Source: a virus
Virus record (IMG/VR): IMGVR_UViG_3300017744_000003
Coordinates: 1-64,000 of that record
Reading direction: 5' to 3' (one strand)
DNA length: 64,000 nucleotides
Shown here: one piece after another, positions 50,197-58,902 of the stretch
Layout of the letters: each line of letters starts with the position of its first letter
Position numbering within the stretch: the stretch's first letter is position 1
Position numbers and translations under genes: made by a program
Notes under the pieces: generated by a model
Told to the model about the DNA's origin: nothing
What the model saw: the letters and a program-made list of their open reading frames with translations, nothing else
Database searches by the model: none

Positions 50197-51323
50197 GTCT
50201 TGAAGACCTAATAAAGAAGATTAATAAGAGTTATGGAGACGATTGCTTTGTACAAGCGTCGAAGTCTGAAAAGTTGAATGTTCGGAAACGGATTGAAACA
50301 GGCATATTAAGTTTTGACTTAGCTTTGGGTGGAGGTATTCCGTTAGGAACTGTTCTTACACTTAAAGGTGAGTATTCTAGCGGTAAGTCTGCTTTGGCTC
50401 ATCGTATAGGTGCAAGTTTTCAACGTACTTGTCGAAACTGTGGCGGTTCACTTGTGTTGTGGAATGAAATTGTACAAGACGGTGCTGAAGTAGCTTGCTG
50501 CGACGCACCGGAACCCATGAGGGTTGTATGGTTTGACGCAGAAGGTTCTTATCAAAACTCTTGGGCAGAGCGTCTTGGTATGCGCTCTGATAAGACTTAT
50601 GTGATTCGTACTGAGTTTGCAGAGCAGGGTATAGATATAGCTGACTCTGTTATTAGGAGTGGTGAATGTGACCTACTTGTTGTCGACAGTGTTGCTCACT
50701 TAACTCCTAGTGTAGAGATTGAACAGAGTTCAGAGAAGTGGCAGGTTGGTGTACATGCTCGATTGATGAACAAAGCAATGCGTAAGTGGGTAAGCGCACA
50801 AAACGCTGTGGGTATGACCAAAGTAGTTCCGCCCACAATTCTACTGATCAATCAAATAAGAATGAAAGTAGGTGTTATCTATGGTTCGCCTGAGACCTCC
50901 CCAGGGGGGAAAGGAATGGACTTCGCTTCAAGTGTCATCTGTAAGGTAAAGCGTAAAGGCTTTATTGAGGACAAAGCGGGGAGCGCACCTTTCGGTCAGA
51001 ATATGGAAGTAACCATACAAAAGAACAAGACAGCGCCACCCAATAGGTCTTGCTTATTCAGTCTGTTCTTTAGAGACTCTATGCCTTATGTAGCGGGTGC
51101 TTCTAATATTGCAGAACAGATTGTTGCTGTTGGTGAATATTGGGGTCTAGTCAAGAAGACTGGAGCTTGGTATGAGTTACCTAATGGTGAAAAGTATCAA
51201 GGTCTTTTGAAGACTGCGGAAGCGCTATCCAATGACGAACCTGCTTTCTTTGACATGAAAGATGAGATATGGCGCAAAGAAGTAGATTGGATGGACGGGG
51301 ACATTTACGATGAAGACACCTAG
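50193..51323 (+). CDS. recA: RecA/UvsX recombinase with Cys-rich insertion
   Basis: TGILSFDLALGGGIP, GEYSSGKS, FDAEG, VVDSVA, INQIRMKVG, ETSPGG, KNKTAPP, GAWY. Confidence 0.95.
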   Translation: MSLEDLIKKINKSYGDDCFVQASKSEKLNVRKRIETGILSFDLALGGGIPLGTVLTLKGEYSSGKSALAHRIGASFQRTCRNCGGSLVLWNEIVQDGAEVACCDAPEPMRVVWFDAEGSYQNSWAERLGMRSDKTYVIRTEFAEQGIDIADSVIRSGECDLLVVDSVAHLTPSVEIEQSSEKWQVGVHARLMNKAMRKWVSAQNAVGMTKVVPPTILLINQIRMKVGVIYGSPETSPGGKGMDFASSVICKVKRKGFIEDKAGSAPFGQNMEVTIQKNKTAPPNRSCLFSLFFRDSMPYVAGASNIAEQIVAVGEYWGLVKKTGAWYELPNGEKYQGLLKTAEALSNDEPAFFDMKDEIWRKEVDWMDGDIYDEDT

Positions 51324-51708
51324 TCTAGGTGGAAAACGACCACGGCCTAATGCTTTTGACGACACTACTCCTAAGTGTAACAAGAGTAGGTCTGTTGTAC
51401 ATGAAGACCGATTGCAAGGTGTATTGAGGAGCAAAGCGACACCTAACAGTGGTGCTTTACCCGAAATCAGTTACAAAGGTGATCTGCAAGATGGTCTATT
51501 TGTTTGGCAGGCTAAACTAACTGATAAAGATCGTTTTACGATTACGTCAGATGTGCTAGTAGAATTAAAGAGACAAGCGTCTCTAAACTCAAAGTGGCCA
51601 GGTGTCGCTTTAACCTTGGAAGGGTTACCTAGTCATATGGAGAAAGATTGGGTTATGTTACCCGCCAGTGTATTCGGTGAACTTATTGACGAATACACTA
51701 AACACTAA
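51310..51708 (+). CDS. Holliday junction resolvase-like PD-(D/E)xK nuclease
   Basis: HE, PNSGA, KGDL, WQAKLT; follows recA. Confidence 0.65.
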   Translation: MKTPSLGGKRPRPNAFDDTTPKCNKSRSVVHEDRLQGVLRSKATPNSGALPEISYKGDLQDGLFVWQAKLTDKDRFTITSDVLVELKRQASLNSKWPGVALTLEGLPSHMEKDWVMLPASVFGELIDEYTKH

Positions 51709-51739
51709 CTTTACTTTTCAACAACTTAAGGAAAAAGAC

Positions 51740-52645
51740 ATGGAAATCAAAAACATAAATATTGAAGACATTGACTATAGTTACATTGAAAACTGCCGTA
51801 CCTCTATAGAGGTTGAAGACCTTCGTGAGTCTATTGAAGCCACCGGTCTACAGACACCTATTGGTGTTGTTTTACAGGGTGAAGGTAAGTTTGGTTTGGT
51901 TTATGGTTTTCGTAGACTAAACGCTTGTTCTAGTTTGGGTTGGATTACTATACCTGCAAGTATTGTTTCAGCAGACAACCAAGCAGACTTGTTGGTCATG
52001 AACTTACAAGAGAACGTCAGTAGGCAGAGTTTAACTCCAATGGAAGAGGCTTATGCGATCAAACGGATTATGGACGCAGGTAAAGACGTTGATGAGTTTA
52101 GGGCAGCACTGGGTTGGTCTAAAACACTAATCACACAAAGACTTGGGCTTTTAGACTTAAGTCTTGAGATTCAAGAAGCACTTGAAGAGGATAAGATCTC
52201 CGTCAACCAGGCAAGAGCTATCGACGAAGCAGAGCATGAGCACCACGGGTCTTTGATTGTATTAGCGGAAGAAGGGACTACTGTTAAGGCTCTAAAAGAA
52301 GAGATTGAACAACTCAACCGAGTTGTTGGTCCCGACGATGAAGTGACTCTAGTCCTCGATGAGGATAATGATTTATTGCTAGATGAAGAAGAGGATTATG
52401 ATTCTTCCAAAGAAGACGCTAAGGCTTTAGCGGAGGCTAACTCCAACTTGGTAAAAGCTACTTTGTTGGACTGTGGTGCAAAGGTGCTTACAGGAGATTC
52501 TTCTTGGTGGGCTTACCAAGTTGCTATTTCAAGTATCGACTTTAGTCGATTACCCTCCGGAGAGTTAGCTGCTCTTGTAAATGCCATACAAAACCTTGCG
52601 GGGGATCATGGTCTTGACGCTTGGGGCGAAGGTTCTAAGAGATGA
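51740..52645 (+). CDS. parB: ParB/Spo0J-family protein
   Basis: NCR, GLQTPIGV, YGFRRL (GxRR), ENVSRQSLTPMEEA, HTH; acidic C-terminal region. Confidence 0.88.
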   Translation: MEIKNINIEDIDYSYIENCRTSIEVEDLRESIEATGLQTPIGVVLQGEGKFGLVYGFRRLNACSSLGWITIPASIVSADNQADLLVMNLQENVSRQSLTPMEEAYAIKRIMDAGKDVDEFRAALGWSKTLITQRLGLLDLSLEIQEALEEDKISVNQARAIDEAEHEHHGSLIVLAEEGTTVKALKEEIEQLNRVVGPDDEVTLVLDEDNDLLLDEEEDYDSSKEDAKALAEANSNLVKATLLDCGAKVLTGDSSWWAYQVAISSIDFSRLPSGELAALVNAIQNLAGDHGLDAWGEGSKR

Positions 52646-53469
52646 GTCTGACTAGTCTCATAAAGAACCTACATAAAGCAGGTGGTAACCCTTCGTTATC
52701 CGCAGAGATAGAAAAGCATTTTATCCGAAAAGCAAACGAGTTTGACTTAGAAAAGTTTGAAGATCGTTTAACGCGATTCCACCCTAGTCAAGTTAGTTAT
52801 TGGGGTGTCTGCCCTAGAGCTTACTATCTTACGATGAAGAGAGAAGAGTTGGGCATTGCCTTAAATAAGCCAAAGCCACATGAGACTTCTTTACTAAGAA
52901 TATTTGAGCATGGTCATTCTATTCACGCTTTATATCAAGACAAGATACTTGGCCCCGCAGGTGTTCTATATGGTAAATGGGAGTTAAATGGGGTCACCCA
53001 GGAGGGTTTCCAACCTTCACCAGAGTGGAAGTATGTTGAACCACGCTTGTGGTGGACTGAAAAGCGCATTAGTGGGTACTGCGATGGGTTTCTTAAACTA
53101 AATAATAAGTGGTACTTATTGGAGATTAAGTCATCTAACGATATGTCTTTTAGGTATTTGAAGCGAAGCGGTCAACCAAGAGAGTATCATTCAAGGCAAG
53201 CGCAGATCTATATGCAAGCGCCCCATGACCTTTCTGTGAAGCCCACTATTCAAGGAGCATTTATACTGTATGTGAATAAGGACACAGGCGAGGAACTTGA
53301 TCTTTTTATTGAGAATGACCCAAGCCGTATTGAGCCTATAATGCAGCAAATAGATATAGCTATAGACTCGCTAGATAGTCCGGTTGTTCCCATGCGGGTA
53401 GATGACTGTAAGAGTAACCGAAGCAAACGTGCAAAAGATTGCGTTGCTTGTAGTGTCTGTTTTACATGA
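52642..53469 (+). CDS. Cas4-like/RecB-type PD-(D/E)xK exonuclease
   Basis: HPSQ, CPR, GHSIH, SGYCDG, EIKS, QAQIYM, C-terminal Cys cluster. Confidence 0.85.
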   Translation: MSLTSLIKNLHKAGGNPSLSAEIEKHFIRKANEFDLEKFEDRLTRFHPSQVSYWGVCPRAYYLTMKREELGIALNKPKPHETSLLRIFEHGHSIHALYQDKILGPAGVLYGKWELNGVTQEGFQPSPEWKYVEPRLWWTEKRISGYCDGFLKLNNKWYLLEIKSSNDMSFRYLKRSGQPREYHSRQAQIYMQAPHDLSVKPTIQGAFILYVNKDTGEELDLFIENDPSRIEPIMQQIDIAIDSLDSPVVPMRVDDCKSNRSKRAKDCVACSVCFT

Positions 53470-53473
53470 GGTT

Positions 53474-53941
53474 ATGATGGTTGATCAAAAAGTAGTAGAC
53501 TTTGGACTTCACACTAGAAAACTGATCATGGCGCTTGGACTTACTGCTCCTGCTTCCCCTACGGTAGAACTAGTATTCCCAAATGACCTAAGTAAACTAG
53601 CAGACCAGGAACTTGCCCAACACTTGAGTTATTGGGCTTCGATGACCGCCTACGCTCATCAGAAGGTAGCGGTTCTTGAAGGAGCCCTGGTTCATTCTAA
53701 GAATGAATACGAGCAAGAATATGACTTAAGATTGTATAACAAGTCGGGAAATAGTATATCAGAACGTAAGATAGCACTTGGTGCTTCAAAGGTGTTGAGG
53801 GATATGAAAGTTCGGCTAACTACCATTGAAGCGGATCTTAAAGTGTTAAAATCTATCCTCATAGGTTATGATCTCAAGAACTCTGCGGTTAGTAGAGAAA
53901 TAACAAGAAGACATAATGAGAGGAATCTTAGAGATGGATAA
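53474..53941 (+). CDS. helical hypothetical protein, possibly UvsY-like
   Basis: Coiled coil in the recombination cluster; function from context only. Confidence 0.55.
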   Translation: MMVDQKVVDFGLHTRKLIMALGLTAPASPTVELVFPNDLSKLADQELAQHLSYWASMTAYAHQKVAVLEGALVHSKNEYEQEYDLRLYNKSGNSISERKIALGASKVLRDMKVRLTTIEADLKVLKSILIGYDLKNSAVSREITRRHNERNLRDG

Positions 53942-54209
53942 TGACAAGTTAATCAATTTGAAAGTAGCAGGACGCTCTGACCCTTCATCTGTAGCAGGTA
54001 GCGTAGTAAAGAATATTAATGAAGATAGAACCGTGACACTTACCGCCATTGGCGCGGGAGCGGTTAACCAAATGCTTAAAGCCGTAACAATTGCTAGATC
54101 TATGTCGGCAAGTAGTGGACTTGACTTATTTTTTACTAGCGGGTTTTCTACAGAGATCATCAATGGAGAAGAGAAGACAGCTATGCGGATATTTGTAAAG
54201 CAAAGATAA
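53934..54209 (+). CDS. spoVS: SpoVS-family (Alba-like) nucleic-acid-binding protein
   Basis: LKVAGRSDPSSVAGSV, AIGAGAVNQMLKAVTIAR, GF----INGEEKTAM. Confidence 0.9.
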   Translation: MDNDKLINLKVAGRSDPSSVAGSVVKNINEDRTVTLTAIGAGAVNQMLKAVTIARSMSASSGLDLFFTSGFSTEIINGEEKTAMRIFVKQR

Positions 54210-54532
54210 TGTTTACGATCACCTATAATATGCAAATGCCTTCGGGTATTTTAATGTTTGAAATTGAGTTGATGGTTTCTGATCTTAACGAAGGTGAGGC
54301 ATGTAGCGCACCTAAGTTGAAAGAAGCACTGATCAGTTGGTGGGAAGACCCTGAAGCACCAAGAAGAACACCGGAAGAGGCTTGCCTTGGTGCTTGGGCG
54401 TGTTTAACTGATTACCTAGTCGCTCAAAGAGAGCACAACCGAGTTCAATGTTCCAAAGTAAGCCTAGAAACTTCTGGGCATAAAGTAAGATTCATACCAA
54501 CAGAAGATACATGGAGTAAAGTTTATGTCTGA
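54209..54532 (+). CDS. hypothetical protein
   Basis: TAATG-coupled ORF. Confidence 0.6.
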   Translation: MFTITYNMQMPSGILMFEIELMVSDLNEGEACSAPKLKEALISWWEDPEAPRRTPEEACLGAWACLTDYLVAQREHNRVQCSKVSLETSGHKVRFIPTEDTWSKVYV

Positions 54533-54950
54533 GTATAGAGAAAACCAAGACAACTTCGTAGAAGATACAGTAAAAGAAGAGCAGCCCTCTGTTGAGGAAG
54601 CATCTACCAAGGTAGATCCTGAAACAGAGTTCAACCCATCTAATCCAGATCTAAAAGACAATCAGATTGATGAGGATATCGTCACCGCAGTTTTGTTGAT
54701 CAAGAACAGACAAGGAGCGGTATTACCCGTGACGAATCTTGACTCTTTGAAGATGGATAGACAGGCAAATGCACATGAGGTTCTACGTATGTGTGCAGAT
54801 GTTCAAGACCAAATTGGTGCGATTCGTATCGTTGGTGAACTCGCGCAAATCTTCCAACACCTAAATCAGTCTTCTTTAAAGAGTATTGCAGACTTGATGA
54901 ACGTGAAGATGAATCAGAATGTGACAGGAACTACCGACTCTGATAGTTGA
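54525..54950 (+). CDS. hypothetical acidic protein
   Basis: GGAG RBS, overlapping start. Confidence 0.6.
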   Translation: MSEYRENQDNFVEDTVKEEQPSVEEASTKVDPETEFNPSNPDLKDNQIDEDIVTAVLLIKNRQGAVLPVTNLDSLKMDRQANAHEVLRMCADVQDQIGAIRIVGELAQIFQHLNQSSLKSIADLMNVKMNQNVTGTTDSDS

Positions 54951-54994
54951 ATGTGTTATGTCATAATGTAATACTTTAAACAGGAGGTTACATT

Positions 54995-55375
54995 ATGGCT
55001 AAGAAATACAATGATCAATGGTTCGTTCCGCCAAAAGGTGTCCAAAAGGCAGCAGAGCGGGGTCTAAAAGATCGTAAGAAGTACGGTCGCGGTGGCTTAA
55101 CAAACAAGCAAGCCTCAGAACAAGGTATTGGTTCTGGGGTGCAACGTGCGGTTAATCTGAAGAATGGTAACAAGGTATCGCCTCAAACCATTAAGCGTAT
55201 GAAGAGCTTCTTTGCTAGGCATGAGAAGAACAAAAACTCTCGCAAACCTAATGGAGAACCTGGTGCCGGTAAAATCGCTTGGGACTTGTGGGGGGGTGAC
55301 GCAGGTAAAAGGTGGGCTGAGTCTACTGCTAAAAAAATGGAACGCGCAGACGAGTTGGATAAAAAAAGACGTTAA
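54995..55375 (+). CDS. basic conserved phage protein (AWDLWGGDAG motif)
   Basis: AGGAGG RBS; TIKRMKSFFARHE and IAWDLWGGDAGKRWA. Confidence 0.75.
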   Translation: MAKKYNDQWFVPPKGVQKAAERGLKDRKKYGRGGLTNKQASEQGIGSGVQRAVNLKNGNKVSPQTIKRMKSFFARHEKNKNSRKPNGEPGAGKIAWDLWGGDAGKRWAESTAKKMERADELDKKRR

Positions 55376-55491
55376 AATCTATCGATAAAATCTATCGATA
55401 AAATCTATCGTAAAAAAGTACGGTAAAATCTATCGATAAAATCCCGATGAAAGAGTGTGTTTGTATAAAATCTATCGATAGATTTTATACA
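55373..55491. repeat. 13-bp tandem repeats TAAAATCTATCGA plus perfect 30-bp palindrome; candidate origin or centromere-like site
   Basis: Exact units at 55373, 55386, 55424, 55466; degenerate units at 55399, 55411, 55437; palindrome TGTATAAAATCTATCGATAGATTTTATACA at 55462-55491. Confidence 0.85.
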
Positions 55492-55538
55492 TCGCTCTTA
55501 TATATATATATATAACTAAGAGATACTATATAAGTGAG
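55492..55538. promoter_or_regulatory. AT-rich element, copy 3 (degenerate)
   Basis: TCGCTCTTA(TA)n...TATATAAGTGAG directly before ATG 55544. Confidence 0.55.
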
Positions 55539-55543
55539 ATGAG

Positions 55544-56926
55544 ATGAGAGTCTGTTTAAGTGGAGTTGTTAGAGAAGAGCGCCTAGATAAAATATTGGAA
55601 GCTAAGGTTAGGAGTGTTGTTTTAGATTACTCGGTTGTTAAAGATCTCAGCCTAGATTGGTTTGAAGATAACCGTGACCAGTTTGATTGTATTATGTTGG
55701 AGTACGATCTAACTGGTGCGTGGTCTAGGATGAAGTACCTTTGGGGAGGCGAAACAGATCGTGTTCTCAGAGCTATAGAAAAGCATGGTAGTTTGTCAAA
55801 TGCGAAAGAACACCTTCTTTCTAAGCTAGATCAACGAGTGACTAGTTATCTAAGTTTCTGTAATAATATTGAAGGCTTGATTGATGTTATTTGGCTTCCT
55901 TTCCTACCTAATATGGGTTGTTCTAGGTGGGAAAAGTTGTTGAAAAGTACCAAGATAGGTTACACCTTATGGTCTTTCAACGAGATCGATACTATTATTC
56001 ATAACTATTCTTACGTAGGTATACCGAGTTCGTTTGATACCGAAGTCGTGAAGGTTGAAATGAAGCCTTATATTGCCTCTCTAAAGTCGTTTGGTATTAA
56101 AACGCATAGGTGGGGTAGGGTAGACAAGGAAACGCTCCTTACGGGCTTATTCTGGAGTGCTTCAAGTTCTAACTGGTTAAGTGGTTCTAAATACGGAGTC
56201 ACTTTTGAATACGTAGGAAACCTAAAACTTGTTACACATCATGGGTCTAAAGGCTCAGGTAAGTCAGTAAGAAACAAGCTCAAGTCTAAATGTGAAACTT
56301 TATCCCTTGACCATTGTCTATTGATGAGCGATGACCGTAGGACTGTTGACCTGTGGAATCTCTCTCAGTGGGAAGCCTACTCAACAGAAGCAAACCGAGT
56401 AGGTGGTTACTGGACAAAGAGGGAGGCAGCAGTGAGTAAAGATCAGTTACCTGTAGTTAACAATCAGACAGAATCAAGCCTTGCAACTTCTAGTCAGTTT
56501 GGTTCATACTTACGGACTTGTAATTCATGTTACCTCAGTGCAAATTGCCCTGCATTTGAGCCCGACAATAACTGTAGAATATCGACAACCCCCAAGGTGG
56601 ACACGCCCGAAGACGTTCAGCAACTTATCAACAAAGTTATTCAGATACAGGGTGAGAGAGTCTTGTTCGCTTCTATGTCCGAAAGGATTCAGAACGCAGG
56701 ACTCAACCCCGAGGTATCTTCTGAGATGGAGACTTTGACGAAGTTAATGAAGGACGCCAGGGAAATTGCTTCGCCTATAGGTGAGGACGAGGTTTTAATA
56801 AAAGCTAAGGGATCTGGAGTGATCTCGCGTTTATTCGGCGGTTATGGAAGATCGGGTGGAGGTTCTAAACCATCTACGTCAGAGAGAATCATAGATATCT
56901 CTCCTATGGAGTCAGAAGATGACTAA
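55544..56926 (+). CDS. hypothetical protein; possible degenerate TGT/DpdA-like barrel plus Cys4 domain
   Basis: THRWG...SASSSNWLSG-KYG; CNSCYLSANCPAFEPDNNC. Confidence 0.6.
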   Translation: MRVCLSGVVREERLDKILEAKVRSVVLDYSVVKDLSLDWFEDNRDQFDCIMLEYDLTGAWSRMKYLWGGETDRVLRAIEKHGSLSNAKEHLLSKLDQRVTSYLSFCNNIEGLIDVIWLPFLPNMGCSRWEKLLKSTKIGYTLWSFNEIDTIIHNYSYVGIPSSFDTEVVKVEMKPYIASLKSFGIKTHRWGRVDKETLLTGLFWSASSSNWLSGSKYGVTFEYVGNLKLVTHHGSKGSGKSVRNKLKSKCETLSLDHCLLMSDDRRTVDLWNLSQWEAYSTEANRVGGYWTKREAAVSKDQLPVVNNQTESSLATSSQFGSYLRTCNSCYLSANCPAFEPDNNCRISTTPKVDTPEDVQQLINKVIQIQGERVLFASMSERIQNAGLNPEVSSEMETLTKLMKDAREIASPIGEDEVLIKAKGSGVISRLFGGYGRSGGGSKPSTSERIIDISPMESEDD

Positions 56927-58844
56927 ATACTTTAATAATGAACTCGGTGAACTTGTGTACCTACGGTCTTACGCTAGGTGGTTAGAGGAAGAAAACCGAA
57001 GAGAAACCTGGGACGAAACCGTTGATCGGGTCATGGGTTTTCTCTTTGAAGACTCACCTATTGATGAGCATAAGAAAGATCTTATTTCTCAGATGATGTT
57101 AGACCAAAAGGTCATGCCTTCTATGCGTTCACTTTGGGCGAGTGGGGGGTTTGCTAAAACAGATAATACAGCTATCTATAACTGTTCTTTCCTACCCATT
57201 GATAACCTTAAAGCGTTCTCAGAACTAATATATATCCTCATGCAAGGAACAGGGGTAGGTTTCTCCGTAGAGAGTAAGTTTGTTAGTAAGTTACCTACTG
57301 TCGCTAAGTTGACCGACGCTATTGCGGAGTACCAGGTCGAAGATAGCGCAGTTGGTTGGGCTGACGCTGTTTTCTTTGCTGTTACTAACGCATGGAAAGG
57401 GTATGGGAACCTTAATTTTGATTATTCGTTAGTACGACCTAGAGGATCTCGGTTGAAAACAAAAGGGGGCCGAGCAAGTGGACCGGAGCCTCTACAAAAG
57501 GCTCTATCTTTTATTACTGAAACAATTTTCAAAGCGGAAGGTAGACAACTAACCACCTTAGAGGTCTATGATATCTGCTGCGCTTTGGCAGAAGTAGTAG
57601 TTGTCGGTGGTGTGCGTAGGTCTGCGATGATCTCTTTTAGTGACCCTAACGATGATTCTATGCGACACGCTAAGGATTGGAAGCGTGGCAACTTCCCTAT
57701 TAAGCGTTATATGAGTAATAACAGTGCTTACTTTGAGGGAAGACCTAGTAAAGAGGTATTTGATAGAGAGTGGAAGCAACTAGCAGAGTCGGGTAGCGGT
57801 GAGCGTGGATTGTCTATAGATAACTGGCATAAGTACGCTCCTAGACCTCAAGGTGAAACACGCTCAAATCCATGTCATGAGATAGGACTAAGATTCAAAG
57901 AATCGAATGATCCTTGGACAGGTGAAGGGGGTGGCGGTCAGTTCTGTAATCTTAGTGCGGTTGTTGTTAGACCTGAAGACACATTAGAAACTTTAAAAGT
58001 TAAAGTTGAACTCGCTACTATCATTGGTTGTACACAAGCTCAGTTTACACATTTCCCATACTTAAGACCTGCTTGGAAAGAACTTTGCCAAGAGGATCGA
58101 CTCATAGGTGTAGACCTTACGGGCCAGTGTGATAATCCTAAGTTATTAGATGACCTAGAAAACCTATCTATATTAAACCAGGTTGCAGTAACCACTGCTA
58201 AGAAGATGAGTGACCTTTTAGGAATCAATATGCCCGCTGCTATTACTTGCGGTAAGCCGAGTGGGAACACTTCTCAAATGGTTGACTGCGCCAGTGGGTT
58301 TCACCCTAGATATAGTGATTATTACTTCCGACATGTGCGCGTCAGTGCCGACGACCCTTTGTCAGAGTTGTTGAAAAGTCAAGGGGTCCCTATGTTTCCG
58401 GAAGTAGGTCAAGAAGATTTTGAAGAACAAGACGTAAAGACTTGGGTTGCTCGTTTCCCTATCAAGTCACCTGAAGGTTCGATGACAAGAGACGATGAGG
58501 ATTCTTTCCAACAGATGGAGCGCTACTTAACCATTATGAAGGGTTGGTGTAAGGAGCGCGGTCATAACCAGAGTGCTACCATCTACGTCAAAGAAGGCGA
58601 TTGGGATAAAGTAGGGCAGTGGGTTTGGGACAACTTTGACGACATTGTAGGTCTAAGTTTCTTACCTTATGATGGAGGAAACTATAAGTTAGCGCCTTAC
58701 GAAGAGATCAGCCAAGAAGAATATGAAGACTCTATCCAAGACTTCCCACAAATTGACTACACAATGTTGTCTGATTTTGAAAAGTTTGATCAAGGACAGG
58801 GCTCAAGCGAGATCGCTTGTACAGGTGGCGCTTGTGAAATCTAG
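56919..58844 (+). CDS. nrdJ: class II (B12-dependent) ribonucleotide reductase
   Basis: RRETW-ETV-R, MPSMR, YNCSF, GTGVGFS, VGGVRRSA, NPCHEI, FCNLS, KPSGN, C-terminal CTGGACEI; no beta subunit adjacent. Confidence 0.92.
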   Translation: MTKYFNNELGELVYLRSYARWLEEENRRETWDETVDRVMGFLFEDSPIDEHKKDLISQMMLDQKVMPSMRSLWASGGFAKTDNTAIYNCSFLPIDNLKAFSELIYILMQGTGVGFSVESKFVSKLPTVAKLTDAIAEYQVEDSAVGWADAVFFAVTNAWKGYGNLNFDYSLVRPRGSRLKTKGGRASGPEPLQKALSFITETIFKAEGRQLTTLEVYDICCALAEVVVVGGVRRSAMISFSDPNDDSMRHAKDWKRGNFPIKRYMSNNSAYFEGRPSKEVFDREWKQLAESGSGERGLSIDNWHKYAPRPQGETRSNPCHEIGLRFKESNDPWTGEGGGGQFCNLSAVVVRPEDTLETLKVKVELATIIGCTQAQFTHFPYLRPAWKELCQEDRLIGVDLTGQCDNPKLLDDLENLSILNQVAVTTAKKMSDLLGINMPAAITCGKPSGNTSQMVDCASGFHPRYSDYYFRHVRVSADDPLSELLKSQGVPMFPEVGQEDFEEQDVKTWVARFPIKSPEGSMTRDDEDSFQQMERYLTIMKGWCKERGHNQSATIYVKEGDWDKVGQWVWDNFDDIVGLSFLPYDGGNYKLAPYEEISQEEYEDSIQDFPQIDYTMLSDFEKFDQGQGSSEIACTGGACEI

Positions 58845-58902
58845 CATAGCCAAGTGATCTCAGTTATTATGCACACATTATATTATATAAGAGGTGCATA
58901 TA

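Noticed and set aside
52642-53469. Cas4 as evidence of a CRISPR-Cas system
   Set aside because: Solo Cas4-like nucleases are common in phage recombination clusters; no cas1/cas2 or array
55373-55491. CRISPR mini-array
   Set aside because: Units are 13 bp and contiguous with no unique spacers; no cas operon
569-58844. Inteins or introns in terL, dnaB, polA, recA, nrdJ
   Set aside because: Proteins are of normal length with continuous motifs and no splice or homing-endonuclease signatures
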